This document shows positions 12,007-24,208 of a stretch of DNA of 64,000 nt, one piece after another. The translations under genes and the position numbers were made by a program. Location: positions 1-64,000 of the forward strand of contig CDMY01000450.1 in NCBI GenBank assembly GCA_001179505.1, given 5' to 3'. Positions within the stretch are counted from its first letter, which is position 1, and each line of letters opens with the position of its first letter. The notes under the pieces are model-generated. The model was not told the DNA's origin. It made no database searches and worked only from the letters and a program-made list of their open reading frames with translations. Source of the DNA: Vitrella brassicaformis CCMP3155 (lineage: Eukaryota > Protista > Chromerida).

Positions 12007-15000
12007 ATGAACCACACCGCGGCCTTCCAGAGCAGCCATTACATGCACGGAAATGGCTCAAAGATCACGATGCAACCTCTCGCCGCACAAGTGGATGCGT
12101 ACGTCAAGGGCCTGCCTCGAGAGGAGACCATGTCTTACGAGCGGCTGTGGGTGGCTGCCGGCTGTCCGATGGCCAACAATCGGCTGGAGGGCCGCGCCGC
12201 ATTCGAGTTCCTGACCAAGAGCGGCCTCTCGCGTGAAGTGCTGCGGGGCGTGTGGGAGCTGGCTGACGTGCAGAAGAGGCATGCACTCATGTGGAATGAA
12301 TTCGTCCTGGCCATGAGGATCATCGCAGCCCACCAGCACGGCACCAAGGTCAGACAGAGGGCGACGGACGCAGCCAGCACCTTCTTATATAATGGGATCG
12401 ATCACTTCGTTTCGGCTGGCTCGCTGTGTGGCTGGGAGTGTGTGTCAGGTGTCATCTGTGGAGGAGCTCCTTGCCATGCGCCACCCTCCCGTGCCCTTCT
12501 CCTTCATCCCGCGGTTCCAGGGCGTCTCCCTGCCGTCCCCACCACCACTTGTGCCCGAGCAAGCCCCCTCACGACTCGACGTGCAAGCAGCGCCAGCGGT
12601 CATCCGGCCCACGCCTGGCGGTGGCGGTGTGGCGGTGAAGGCTGCTAGTGCGATGGATGACTTGCTGTCGTTTGACGAAGGGCCGGCCGTCACTGCGGCG
12701 GCTGTTCCCATGCCCTCTGCCCCCGAGGCGGCGACAAGTGGTGAGAGGGTCGACAAGAAAGCAGCAGAGGCGGAGATGCCTGTGAGTGACACCAGAGAGA
12801 CGGCGCAGAAGCGCAAGGAAGACATGGTGGCGGAGCTCATGAGCAAAGCGGTGAGTGAGTGAGGGACAGAATCAGAGTCAGTCAGGAAACCTACGGCCTA
12901 AAGGATTGACGACCACAGCCGTTCTTCGTGAGTGACTGGGGCGCCTTTCTCTCTGCTCTCAGATGACGTCGTGGCGTGACGAGTACGACAAAAGGCGGAC
13001 ACCACTCTCGCAGCTCGCTGGCTCCAAGGGCGACTTGCTGGGCAGCGGGTCCCCAAAAGCCACCAGCAACGGCAAGTCGCTGCCGAGCATCCCCCCTCCC
13101 GCAGCCAGTGAGGCCAAGACAGCGTCTGACTGGGCCGCATTTGACGAGGGTGACGCCCTCTTCACCTCACACGATCCCTTTGGAAAGGCGTCAGCTGAGG
13201 CACAGGGCAGAGGGGACAGGTGGGCCAAGATGGCGGCATTTGACGAGCTTCTCGAGCCAGCACCACAGCCAGCAGTGGCAGCCCCACCTCAGATTGCTGA
13301 CAGCGGCGGCTGGGCGGCCTTCGATGCAACACCACAACAGCAGGAGGCACCTGGGGCCCCGCCGGCCGCTGGTGCTGGCGCTGCTACTGACGAATGGGCC
13401 GAGTTCGGCGACTTTTCATCTTCTCCATCCGTCCCGCCCCTGGCTGAGAGAGACGTTGCCAAGCCCATGCCTCCCCCACCCCCTCCCCCACCCCCTCCAC
13501 CAGAGGCAAGGCCATCTCGGCCTTCACCTCCCCCGCCACCACCGCTACCAGTACCAGCTGCCCCACCCGTCTCTGCCTCTCAAGCCCCCAAAGAGAAGCC
13601 CTCGTCTCCCCGGCCATTGAGTGAATTGTCCATATCGGCCGACACCGTCGCCGCCTCGAGCAATTCTCAGCTGCCCGCATCCGACGACCCCTTCAAGTCT
13701 ATCGCAATGGAGGAAAGTGGCGGCACCAAGGGCGGCGGGTCCCTCGACAGCGCCGAGTGGGGCTTCGCTTCGCCTGGTGCGGCAGCTGGGCGGCTGCCCG
13801 ACTTCTCGGGTGCCGACAGCTGGGCTGCCACAAAGGACAAGAGGGACGAGGAGGAGATGCTTCCCTTCCCATCGACAGCAGGAGCACTAGCTATCCCGCC
13901 TCCAGCAGACCAGTTCTTCGCTGACTTCGACGACGGCCCCAAGACGTCAGAAGGCGCCCTTCCCCCTTCCAGTGGCATGCTCATGGACGACGTGTGGAAA
14001 GATCTGGGCGGATCTGACAAGCGGACCCCGTCGCCTCAGCCCTCCGATGGGGGCGACAGCGGCAGCCCATCCGGCAGCCCCCCACGATACGACGTCAAAC
14101 CGAGCGACATCGCGCATTCGTCTGGAGGGACGGACGCCATCTTTCCCGATCCATTTGAGGCTCTGGGGAACGGCCACAGGCCAAGCGATGAGGCAGCCGA
14201 CGCAGTCCGTTTGAGCGCCACTCCCACCCTTGACACAACAGCTCTCAAGATCGACCCGGTGCTGCCGCCGACCATCTCTCTCACCGCCCCTGCTGCCGCT
14301 GCCGAGTCATGGGATGCCTTCGACGACTTGATCCACCCGCACCCCCCCTCCGCCCCCCTCTCGCCCCCCCAGGATCAGCACATGGCTCATCCAGCGCGTG
14401 AAGGCGACGTGGCCCCCAGCATCAGGGCCGATGACATGCCAGGTCTGGTCAAGTGGTGGGGTGTGGCAGAGGCGCTGCTACTCAAGGTGCTCAGGACAGG
14501 GGGGCTGTCGCAGGAGGGGGGAGAGGAGGGGGAGGGGGCAGGCTGCGTGCCCCTCGGCGTCATGCGAGAGTTCGACCGCACGGTGCCGATGCTCGAGGCC
14601 CACCACAGTGAGTCCCATCGCAGGACAGACAAGCCGCCCCAGCTTCCAGCCCCCTCTGTCCGCCACAGACACGAGGTCACCGCAGCCATGGCGTCCTACG
14701 CCGAGAGAGTCGAACACGCCAGGAGCCGCAGAAGCGTCAGGCGGGCATCGGCATCAGCAGGGGGTGACGACGCCACGGCAAGCAGCCCCGACGTGTTGGG
14801 TGTCGGCCACAGTTTGGGGCTGGCCTTTCTGCACGAGCAACTGGATAAGCCGCTGGTCAAGCAGCTGGGGCGAGTGGGTGAGTCGCTGCGCAGTCTGCAC
14901 CGAGAGTCCGAGAGGAAGAGGGAGGAGAGGGAGAAGGGGAGACAGGACGGCAGGAGGCTGCCCAGGGTGAGTGACGCGCAGCAGCTGCTGCACGAGAGAC

Positions 15001-16363
15001 TCGCAGAGCTGGCAAGGCTGTACAAGGCGGCAAGGTCAGTAGGTGACCACACACACACACACACACACAGACGCCTGCACATGCACGCAGTCAGTCACAC
15101 TGTGTCTGTCTTCTGGGTTAAACAGGGTGTGGGTTGGCGTCATCACCTCTCTCCAGCTCCTGGATGAGTTCGATGCCCACGAGGGGCCGAGGTCGTCGAG
15201 GGAATTTGCAGACCCCTTCGCATCAGCCACACCTGCGCCTACATCCACCACCACGGCTGGCCGAGCCTCTGATCCATGCCTTGCCGCACTGCGGACGACC
15301 CTCCGAGCAGCCACCGAGCTCAAAAGACTCCTGAGAGACATACAGAACCAGGTATGGTGCATAGAGCACATGGACAGACAAGAGCCGATGGCTGCTCTTT
15401 GCCTCAATTCAGGTTGCGTGTTCGAGCCAGCTGGCCGTCGACCCCCACCGCAAGGCCCCTCCTGCCGCCGAGAAGCCCATCGATCTGAGCGATCCATCCG
15501 ACCAACGAGAGCTCGCCCGCAACGCCGGTTTCCAGAACTTGATCCGTGGCTGCGCTACGCTTTATCGGCTGCTATGGCGCCTCAACGTCGTGGCTTCGCC
15601 ATTCCTGTTCCCTCCAGCCACCGACCTGCAGCGACTCGCCCACATAAGGCGACACGTCTTCAGGGAGGGGGCGGCTGCGACGGGGAGCGGGCCATCGCCC
15701 CTGCATCTCTCGGCTGGTGGGCGGAAGGAGTGGGTGGATGTGTCTGAGCGGGTCAGCGCGGCGCTGGAAGAGGCGGCCGAGATGTGGAACAGCCTGCTGA
15801 GTCAGCTCAAGCCCTTCTTCGACCCCAAACAACAGCCGTGTGGGAGTGATTCGGGCGTCGCGACCACATCTAAGGAGAGGAGGGAGGGGGCGAGGATGTG
15901 TGTGGTGCTGGGAAGGGCCTCGTTCCCTGGGCAGGGCTTCGAGTCGATCGACAGTCTGTTCCCCAAATGGTCGTCTGGAGCTGTGGTGACGTCAACGTCG
16001 GCCACGTCTGATGCCGCATGCCCCTTCTCTGTGACCTTCTGGGAGACATTGTCTGAGAGCGAAGAGCAGCTCCCCGAACAACCGAGCAGGACCCTCTGTT
16101 CGCTGTGTTGCCTGAGGGCAGCCTCCCCCTCGTCGGTGTCGCCTGTTGCCTCATCGAGTGGGGGTGTGGGTGTTGGTGATGTGGGCACCAGTCGGCAGGT
16201 GACGCTGTCGCATCCCTTTGATGAGGTCAGCCTGGGCGTGGAGCCGCCTGCGTCGGCCGTGTGGATGGGCCACCTGTTCCACACCGCCTGCATCAACTTC
16301 TGGATGTCTCATGTGGACGTGGGAGGCGCTGCAGCCCTGCCAGATGTGCCGCTGCACCGATAG
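12007..16363 (+). CDS. SYNRG: Synergin-gamma-like EH-domain clathrin adaptor accessory protein, multi-exon
   Basis: N-terminal EH domain (LEGRAAFEFLTKSGLSREVLRGVWELADV..EFVLAMRII); disordered middle with WAAF/WAEF/FGDF/FADF/DPF motifs; C-terminal CSLCCL..GHLFHTACINFW..LPDV resembles the synergin-gamma tail (HQYHASCANFW..LPDLL). Confidence 0.8.
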
Positions 16364-17097
16364 GCAGACAACGGGATCGATCTGCGTCTGTTGGCTGGCT
16401 GATATGATGGCTGGGTGGCTGGCTGGCTGGCTGGCTGATCGATGGTTGGTTGATAGGGCGCAAGCTTGACGAACGAATGAATGAATGGCCATGCTGGCTG
16501 GGAGAGCGGTCATCTTGCAGCCCACCGATGTGATCACTGTGCGTGGGAGCGTGCGTGTGTGTGGATGCATCGACCTCTGTGTAGTGTGTGACGGATGGAT
16601 GTGTGCAGCACGCACATTTCGTTTCTTGTGCCTTGCAATCCATGCATGACGTGAATTCATGGCAAGTCGCTAAGTCAAGCTGCAGTGTAACATACACATG
16701 CACTCGCAAGGATGACCCATCGGCACTCAACACGTCAGCACACCACGGCAACACTGTCTTTTTCACCTAACGTCATGGATGTCCGGCGTCTCCCGCAACA
16801 GACGCACTTCTCTGTAAGAACCGGCATGAACTATTCTCCCCTCCCTCCCTGACCAGCTCGTCCCTCGTCATGGTGCTCGGAGCCTCTCTTCATCTACACC
16901 CTTTCTACACAACTGCAGCCATGCGCTGGCGGGTGGGCAGCCTGGCTGACTGGCTCACGGCCTCTTTGACATGGTGTCACCACATGCACATTCTCCCCAG
17001 GCACCCCCACTGTAACCATCACAACCGATTCTACCTGCCTAAGCTTCCCATCCCTCCCCTCCCGTCTCTGCTAAGTCGTCATGGCGCCAGTGGTCGG

Positions 17098-18872
17098 CTA
17101 GTTGATGCCGAGTGGCTTGAAGAGGCCGATGTCGTTGACCCACCCCAACTGACCCCAACCGAACTGACAGTCGTCATTCCCCAGGTGGGTGTTGAAGCCC
17201 TTGACCACACCAGTCAGCCCATAGCGGGCCGCCTCGACCAGCCGCGCCCGATGCACCACCTCGCGCAGACCCACCCGCCGCACACGAGGCCCCTCTCTGA
17301 CGGCGAAGCACTGGAGGGGCACCCGCACCACCCGGCCGCCCACATTGGCCATGCCGCCGATGACCTCCTCATTGCCGGCCGTCTTGGTCGCCGCGCACTT
17401 GACGAAGTGCTGCATGGCCCTCTTGATGCGGTGGGCCACCACTGGCTGCCCGAGGGTGATGGTGTCGACGGCCTCTGGCTCGTGCAGGAAGGCACCGATC
17501 TTCCAGGCCACCTGGGCCGTCGCATCCGTGAGGGCAAATGGGGAGGGGGCAGCAGGGGCATGTGCTGCAGCAGCAGTGGATGTGTCAGTGGGGGTGGTGG
17601 GCGGGGCGGGGCGGGCGAGGGGCAGCAGCCACGTCAGCATGTTGGCGGCGTCACGCTGTGGGCAAAGGGCGCCGTTGACGCCGTCCATGACGGCCTGGGG
17701 CAGCTCGTCGTTGAGGACGGTGAGGTACTCGGCCAACACCACACCGTGGGCCTCTCGTGACTCCTGGCGAGCATTGGCCGGCAGCTGTTGTGGGGTTTGG
17801 ACCATGTCGATGGCAGCCCCGATGTCAGCAGTGCGCGGATGGCCCGCTGCATCCCGCTGACCGTCTCATCACGCTGCTCGGACCGGGCCTGACGCTGCCA
17901 GACGGCGACCTTGATGGCAGCGATGCCCAAAGGCGTCTGGTGGGCGCCGAAAGGCCAGTGAGCTGTAGCTGTGTTGATGTGTGCGGGGCTGAGGTGCTGG
18001 CACAGCCACTCGATCACGTGATACGGAGACGTGACTGCTGCTCGCTGAAGGGGCTGAAACATCGGCTGCTGCTGTGGGGCCGTGAGGCTGGCGCCGTTGT
18101 CCATCATTAGCTGGAGGTAGCCGTGGATGAAGGCTCGCGAATATACGCGGCCCACACTGGCTGCACGAAGGATAACACTCCAGTCACCATCTGCCGCTGC
18201 CTCGGTGGCGAGGCAGGGGTTGAGCTTGACGAGGTGCTTGTAGATGGCCATCAGGGCCGCCTCATACTGCTCAGTCACGCGCACCCCACCTGGCAGTAAA
18301 GCCACCTGCCGCCCTTGCAGAGCCGCTCCGTTGGCCACGAGGGTCTTGAGCGCCGTCAGGTTGGCCGCACGCACCGCCACTCTGATGGGCTTGGGCTTGA
18401 GCCAGTCCGTGGAGATCCGCGCAGCAGGTGCTGGTGACGTGGGTGGCTCATTGAGCCCGACGCCCTCCTGGATGAGAGCCGACAGGACGCCCGTTTGCGT
18501 CTCACGCGATGGCCAGAGCGGCAGCACCAGCCGTCCACCGATCGCGAGCCACACCGCGGCGCATTCGAGCGCCGTGGGAGTGCTCCAGTCGTCGATGGCC
18601 AGCGTCAGCAGACAGACACGCCGCCGATACGCGGCATCACTCCGCGAGGTGATGAGGTCAATGCAGACCCGTGGGTCGGCCCCCTTGCGGACGAGCTGTC
18701 GGATGCCGTCAGGTGTGATTGTGCGTCGCATGATGCCCTGGACGAGCCGCTTGGTGGCATTGCTGGTGTTGGGCGGGAACAGTGCCTCCACCTTCTCTAT
18801 CTTCACCTCCTGCTGCTGCGGCTGCGGGTGTGGCTGCTGTGGTTGCTGTCCGGCTGATGATGAAGCCGACAT
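17098..18872 (-). pseudogene. Ankyrin-like expanded-family gene, copy 1; -1 frameshift at 17817-17820 (real lesion or assembly error)
   Basis: ORFs 17634..18890 and 17098..17805 together align to intact copy 2; sense strand reads TCGGGGCTGCC where copy 3 has TCGGGGGCAGCC. Confidence 0.85.
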
Positions 18873-19509
18873 GATGATCAAATCCTGCACACAGCAGAAC
18901 CACGCACAACGCTCAGACTTGGTTTAAGGTGTTGTGCTGCGCTGCTGTACCGCAGAATTGGGCACTGACGAATGGCTCCTCAGATGCCGTCACCCTGAGC
19001 CGAGTCAGTCACCCCAGTGAGGTGAGCTGCACACAAGCAGCTCGAGATGTTCGGCAGCCCTCGGTCGCTTCCTTTGCGGCCCTGCGTACCTGATCGATCT
19101 ACTGTGAGAGCTCGGTGCTTACTTCTCCTCGGAGCGCCACGAACGGCAACAATGCTGCCTGCAGGAAAACACAGAGGTAGATGCATACCATGGCCAGATC
19201 TGCATCTTAATCTCTTTCCCTACCAGAGATCTACGGTAGTGTAGGTTTCCGCCCTCCCCTCCCATGTCCGTGTTGCAGGTTAGGGTGCTCTGTGAAACCG
19301 CTACCCTTTCTCTTTTCTTGAGGTCAAGCTCGCAATCGCTGTGCGTACGCGGTTTCTTCTCCCCTTCCTCCTCTCCTCTCCCGAGCACGAGTGCGTCATC
19401 TGTTCCATATCGGTGCGTTTTCTCAGCCGTTTTCCAGCCTGGTGGGCACAGGCCAGGTCACGCACAGGCCAGGAACCAGACAGAGAGGGGGGGGGGGGGG
19501 GGGGGGGGG

Positions 19510-19809
19510 NNNNNNNNNNNNNNNNNNNNNNNNNNNNNNNNNNNNNNNNNNNNNNNNNNNNNNNNNNNNNNNNNNNNNNNNNNNNNNNNNNNNNNNNNNN
19601 NNNNNNNNNNNNNNNNNNNNNNNNNNNNNNNNNNNNNNNNNNNNNNNNNNNNNNNNNNNNNNNNNNNNNNNNNNNNNNNNNNNNNNNNNNNNNNNNNNNN
19701 NNNNNNNNNNNNNNNNNNNNNNNNNNNNNNNNNNNNNNNNNNNNNNNNNNNNNNNNNNNNNNNNNNNNNNNNNNNNNNNNNNNNNNNNNNNNNNNNNNNN
19801 NNNNNNNNN
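19510..19809. other. Assembly gap (300 N) flanked by poly-G runs
   Basis: N run; G-tracts at 19487-19509 and 19810-19819. Confidence 0.99.
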
Positions 19810-19916
19810 GGGGGGGGGGCGGAGGGCAGGAAAGGCGGCGAATGAAGTCGAGTGAAATCGTGTGCACCGTTGTAGATTTCCTGCCTGCCTGCAGGTGACA
19901 TTGGATTGTGGTCAGG

Positions 19917-20718
19917 ATGGTGATGAACCACTACGAGCGACTCGGCATCTCGAAGGATGCCACGAAGGAGCAAATCAGGAAGGCCTACTACAGCAAGAGC
20001 AAGAAGGTACGCCGCACCGTGCTGCCAAATGGCCTGTGCAGTGGCCACTCCTTCCCTCTGGCTGGCTTGGTGTTGCAGACACACCCTGACAAGGGCGGCA
20101 CGAAAGAGGCCTTTCAGAAGGTGAACGAGGCTCATGAGGTCCTCTCGAATGCCAAGAAGCGCCGCCAATATGATCTCACACGTACGGAGCACCCAAATGA
20201 CACTCTTCCACTCTGCCACTCTGTGTGTGTGGGGGGTGTCCTGCATGTGCTGGTGTCCTCTCAGTCGCTGGTGGCGTTCGGAAGACCACAACGAAGAAAA
20301 CAACCAAGAGCACATCGTCGCGGTCGAGCGCCAATGGTGCTTCGCGCGCCTCTCGACCGACCAACAATGAAAGCAACACCCACATGGGCTTCGGGAAGTA
20401 CTTCGACCGCACATACGCCTGGGTTGAACGGTACGCATGATAACATGAAAACAACACCACTGAAGGGACATGGCTCTCCTCTCCGCCTGTGTCAGAAACG
20501 CTCCTGGCTACGTCGACTACGTTCTTCGTCAGGGCCGCTCCCGCTACAACATAGCGGCCTACAACCGATCCTACGAGTACTGCAAAGGCAAGTACGGGGC
20601 GGCGGCCGCCCCCCGATACACCTACAGGTACAACTTCGGCTACGGATACGGCTATGGCGGCTTCTTCGATGTCATGGGGGATTGGGGCGATGACGGGTAC
20701 GATTACTTCCCGTGGTAA
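19917..20718 (+). CDS. J-domain (DnaJ type C) protein with small MGFGKY motif and Tyr/Gly-rich tail, 4 exons
   Basis: NHYERLGISKDATKEQIRKAYYSKSKK|THPDKGGTKEAFQKVNEAHEVLSNAKKRRQYD with intact HPD; splices in frame to MGFGKYFDRTYAWVER|NAPGYVDYVL..YDYFPW*. Confidence 0.88.
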
Positions 20719-20759
20719 CCGCGTTTTCTGATGAGGTCTGGCATGGGGTCAGTGGTGGG

Positions 20760-21116
20760 CGAATGAGCGAGTGGGTGGGGATAAGAAATGCGCGCAGAGT
20801 TGCGTGCAGATGTCGCATAGAATGCATTTTTGCACTGTCATTCGTAGCCGATTGGCTGGCTGTCTTGTGGCCTACCCGTCCGTCTGTCCATATGTCTGCG
20901 GGTGGATGTGAGTGCATAGTGTATGGCGTGAGATAACACTGTTGTTCTCTATCGTTTTCTCCGTCGTTTTCCCCTTCCTACACACAGTCAGCCACCGTGA
21001 ATGAGCGAGTCGAGATAAGAAATGCGCGCAGAGTTGCGTGCAGGTGGGGGAGGAGTGGGTGGGTGGGTATCTGCATGGCCCGAGTGCAGCCGTATGCAGC
21101 CGATTGGCTGGCTGGT
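20760..21116. repeat. Local direct duplication of a ~110 bp non-coding segment
   Basis: ATGAGCGAGT..GATAAGAAATGCGCGCAGAGTTGCGTGCAG..AGCCGATTGGCTGGCTG occurs at ~20762-20862 and ~21001-21114. Confidence 0.85.
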
Positions 21117-21619
21117 GTATGTCCGTCAGCAGCAAAGTGGTCAGTCAGTCGTATGCACCAACCACCCGTGTGTGTCTTGTGTGTACAAATATGTGTTTAC
21201 TTTGTGTGTGGGACCCTCTCTCTTCGAAGTAAACTCTCTCGAAATAAACCGGGATGACACCGAAAACACAGATGGCCCAGGATGACACGAATGCAGGGCG
21301 TGTCACCGCTGCACACACGACACCGATCCTTCTATGAATACATCAACACGCAGTCATCCGTGTGGGTGAGGAAGACGTCACCTACTGACACACACAACCA
21401 ACAGTCAGGCGCTCCTCGCCCACTGCCTCTCTACATAACTACAGGCTGGCAGACAATCACTCACATACACACATAGACGAACACGGCCTCTTTGACATGG
21501 TCCCTTCACATGCACACTCTCCCTAGGCACCCCACTGTAACCACCAGAATCGACTCTACCTGCCTAAGCTTCCCATCTCTCCCTCCCCTCTCTACATCAT
21601 CATGGTGGCCGTCAGCCGG

Positions 21620-23383
21620 CTAGTTGATGCCCAGCGGCTGGAAGAGGCCGATGTCGTTGACCCACCCCAATTGCCCCCAACCGAACTGACAGTCGTCGTT
21701 GCCCAGGTGGGTGTTGAAGCCCTTGACCACACCAGTCAGCCCATACCGGGCCGCCTCGTCCAGCCGAGCCCGATGCACCACCTCGCGCAGACCCACCCGC
21801 CGCACAGTCGGCCCCTCTGTGACGGCGAAGCACTGGAGGGGCACCCGCACCACCTGGCTGCCCACATTGGCCATGCCGCCGATGACCTCCTCATTGCCGG
21901 CCGTCTTCGTCGCCGCGCACTTGACGAAGTGCTGCATGGCCCTCTTGATGCGGTGGGCCACCACGGCCTGCCCGAGGGTGATGGTGTCGACGGCCTCTGG
22001 CTCGTGCAGGAAGGCACCGATCTCCCAGGCCACCTGGGCCGTCGCATCCGTGAGGGCAAATGGGGAGGGGGCAGCGGGGGCATGTGCTGCAGCAGCAGTG
22101 GATGTGTCAGTGGAGGTGGTGGGTGGGGCGGGGCGGGCAAGGGGCAGCAGGCGCGTCAGCATGTTGGCGGCGTCTCGCTGTGGAGAGAGGGCGCCGTTGA
22201 CGCCGTCCATGACGGCCTGGGGCAGCTCGTCGTTGAGGACGGTGAGGTACTCGGCCAACACCACACCGTGAGCATCTCGAGCCGCCTGGTTGACGTTGGG
22301 CCGCAGCTGCTGGGCAGTCTGCACCATGTCGATGGCTGCGGCCGACGTCAGCAGTGTGCGGATGGCCCGCTGCATCCCGCTGACCGTCTCGTCACGCGGC
22401 ACAAAGGGATTCTCCTCCTCACCATCATCATCTTGGCTGCGCAAGTCGGTGACCCTCATGGCAGCCATCTCCAAGGCCCTCTGGTGGACTCCTCTCCTTG
22501 CTGTGGTGTTGATCTGGGTGGGGCTGAGGTGCTGGCAGAGCCACTCGATCACGTGATACGACGAAGAGAACGCTGCTCGATACAGGGGCTGAAACATCGC
22601 CGGCTGCTGTGTGAGGCTGGCGCCGTTGTCTTTCATCAGCTGCAGATAGCTGCGGATGAACTTGTCCGAGTAGATGGGGCCCACACAGGCGGCCGAATGG
22701 ATGACATTCCAGTCACCATTTGTTGGCTCGGTGGCGAGGGAGGGGTCGAGCTCGACGAGGTAGGTGTAGATGGCCATCAGGGCCGCCTCATACTGCTCGC
22801 TGGTGCGCACCTCACATGGCAGGGAGGCCAGCTGCCGCCCCAGAGAAGGTGCTCCGTTGGCCACGAGGGTCTTGACGGCCGTCAGGTTGTCTGCCCGCAC
22901 CGCCACCGTGATGGGAGCGATAGCTCGAGAGCGTCGTGGCGGTGGCGTGGGTGGCCCACTGAGCCCGACGCCCTCCTGGATGAGAGCCGATAGGACGGCC
23001 GCCTGCACCTCACGCGATGGCCAGAGCGGCAGCACGAGCCGTGCTCCTGGGCATAGCTCGGCTTCGAGCGCCGTGGGAGTGCTCCAGTCGTCGATGGCCA
23101 CTGACAGCAGACACACTCGCAGCCGAAACTCCTCCTCATCATCACCCCACGTGGTGATGAAGTCAATGCACACGGCAGGGTCGGCCCCGTCGCGGACGAG
23201 CCGCCGGATGTCGTCAGGTGTGATTGTGCGTCGCATGATGCCCTCGATGAACCGCTTGGTGGCATTGCTGGTGCCGCCGGGGACACGGATCTTCACCTTC
23301 TGGATCTTCATCTCCTGCTGCTGCTGCTGCGGCTGCGGGTGTGGCTGCTGTGGTTGCTGTCCGGCTGATGATGAAGCCGACAT
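21620..23383 (-). CDS. Ankyrin-like expanded-family gene, copy 2; intact, intronless CDS
   Basis: Uninterrupted ORF from MSASSSAGQQPQQ to ..GWGQLGWVNDIGLFQPLGIN*; ankyrin-like helices (RRLVRDGADP, VIHSAACVG..LQLMKDNGASL, LYRAAFSSSYHVIEWL). Confidence 0.9.
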   Translation of the reverse strand: MSASSSAGQQPQQPHPQPQQQQQEMKIQKVKIRVPGGTSNATKRFIEGIMRRTITPDDIRRLVRDGADPAVCIDFITTWGDDEEEFRLRVCLLSVAIDDWSTPTALEAELCPGARLVLPLWPSREVQAAVLSALIQEGVGLSGPPTPPPRRSRAIAPITVAVRADNLTAVKTLVANGAPSLGRQLASLPCEVRTSEQYEAALMAIYTYLVELDPSLATEPTNGDWNVIHSAACVGPIYSDKFIRSYLQLMKDNGASLTQQPAMFQPLYRAAFSSSYHVIEWLCQHLSPTQINTTARRGVHQRALEMAAMRVTDLRSQDDDGEEENPFVPRDETVSGMQRAIRTLLTSAAAIDMVQTAQQLRPNVNQAARDAHGVVLAEYLTVLNDELPQAVMDGVNGALSPQRDAANMLTRLLPLARPAPPTTSTDTSTAAAAHAPAAPSPFALTDATAQVAWEIGAFLHEPEAVDTITLGQAVVAHRIKRAMQHFVKCAATKTAGNEEVIGGMANVGSQVVRVPLQCFAVTEGPTVRRVGLREVVHRARLDEAARYGLTGVVKGFNTHLGNDDCQFGWGQLGWVNDIGLFQPLGIN

Positions 23384-23612
23384 GATGATCAGATCCTGCA
23401 CACAGCAGAACCACGCCCAACGCTCAAAGGCGGAAAGTGACTTCCGTGCAGCAACGAGGGTGTCAGCCACTTACGTCGGGATCTTCGTCACTGTTGTGCT
23501 AATAGAAAGCGAAACTCGGCTGGACGCACACGAACAAGGCCCTTCGTGTCCGCGTCGTCCACATCATTTCGTGGTCCTTTGCGTTGGTACCTAATTTTAA
23601 TATTCCGCAAAA

Positions 23613-23633
23613 GCAGGGTTTGGGTTGTAGGGT
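23613..23633. promoter_or_regulatory. Telomere-like bipartite motif GCAGGGTTT-GGGT-TGTAGGGT upstream of family copy 2
   Basis: Near-identical to 61722-61741 and to the reverse complement of 59866-59889. Confidence 0.55.
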
Positions 23634-24208
23634 ATGGTTTCGTTTGCACACTGTACGGAATCGCTGCGAGAGGCGCGAGGAGAAAGGCTGCAGGCAGGGC
23701 CCTAAGGATGGCTGTGGGGTCCTGAGGCTGGCCGGAGGGAGGAGATGAACACACAGGTCCACCTCAGGGGCCATTATTGACCACCACTGAGAGAGCGAGA
23801 CGCCTCGGAGGATTCGAAGCGGGCGGCGGAGACCAAGATGGAGCTATAAGGAGGGTGATTGTCTTCTCTTCCCCTCTCCCTCCCTCTCTGTCGTGAGTAG
23901 CCTCGTCAACGCGACCACTGTCCTCTCTGTGTCCGTCCTTCGTGCCGATCGCAGCCTTCCTTGTTGACAAGGAGGCACCCACCCATCTCCGCCCAGACCA
24001 AGACAGACAGCAAGAAGCTGCCAGTCCATCATCTTTTTCCCACCCCTTCTTTCTTACTTGGGTCGTCATCATCTGCTGCCGCTGGCTGATCCGACATCGT
24101 CACGTCATGCGTCGTTACTGCTGCTGACGGCAAGGGTGTGGTTGATTGTAATTGGTCCGACCATCTATCTATCCTATATTATCAGCGAGAAGGGGCCATG
24201 CTCCTAGA

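Noticed and set aside
16080-16363. RING-H2 E3 ligase call for CSLCC..GHLFHTAC
   Set aside because: Lacks the Cys before GH and the terminal CxxC; fits the synergin-gamma tail better
21602-22993. Long plus-strand ORFs (also 16870..17760, 57935..58633) opposite the ankyrin-like genes
   Set aside because: Antisense shadow ORFs expected from GC-rich codon usage; no independent protein features
17098-23383. Ankyrin-like copies as autonomous transposons
   Set aside because: No transposase, RT or integrase motifs, and no clear TIR/LTR/TSD around the copies
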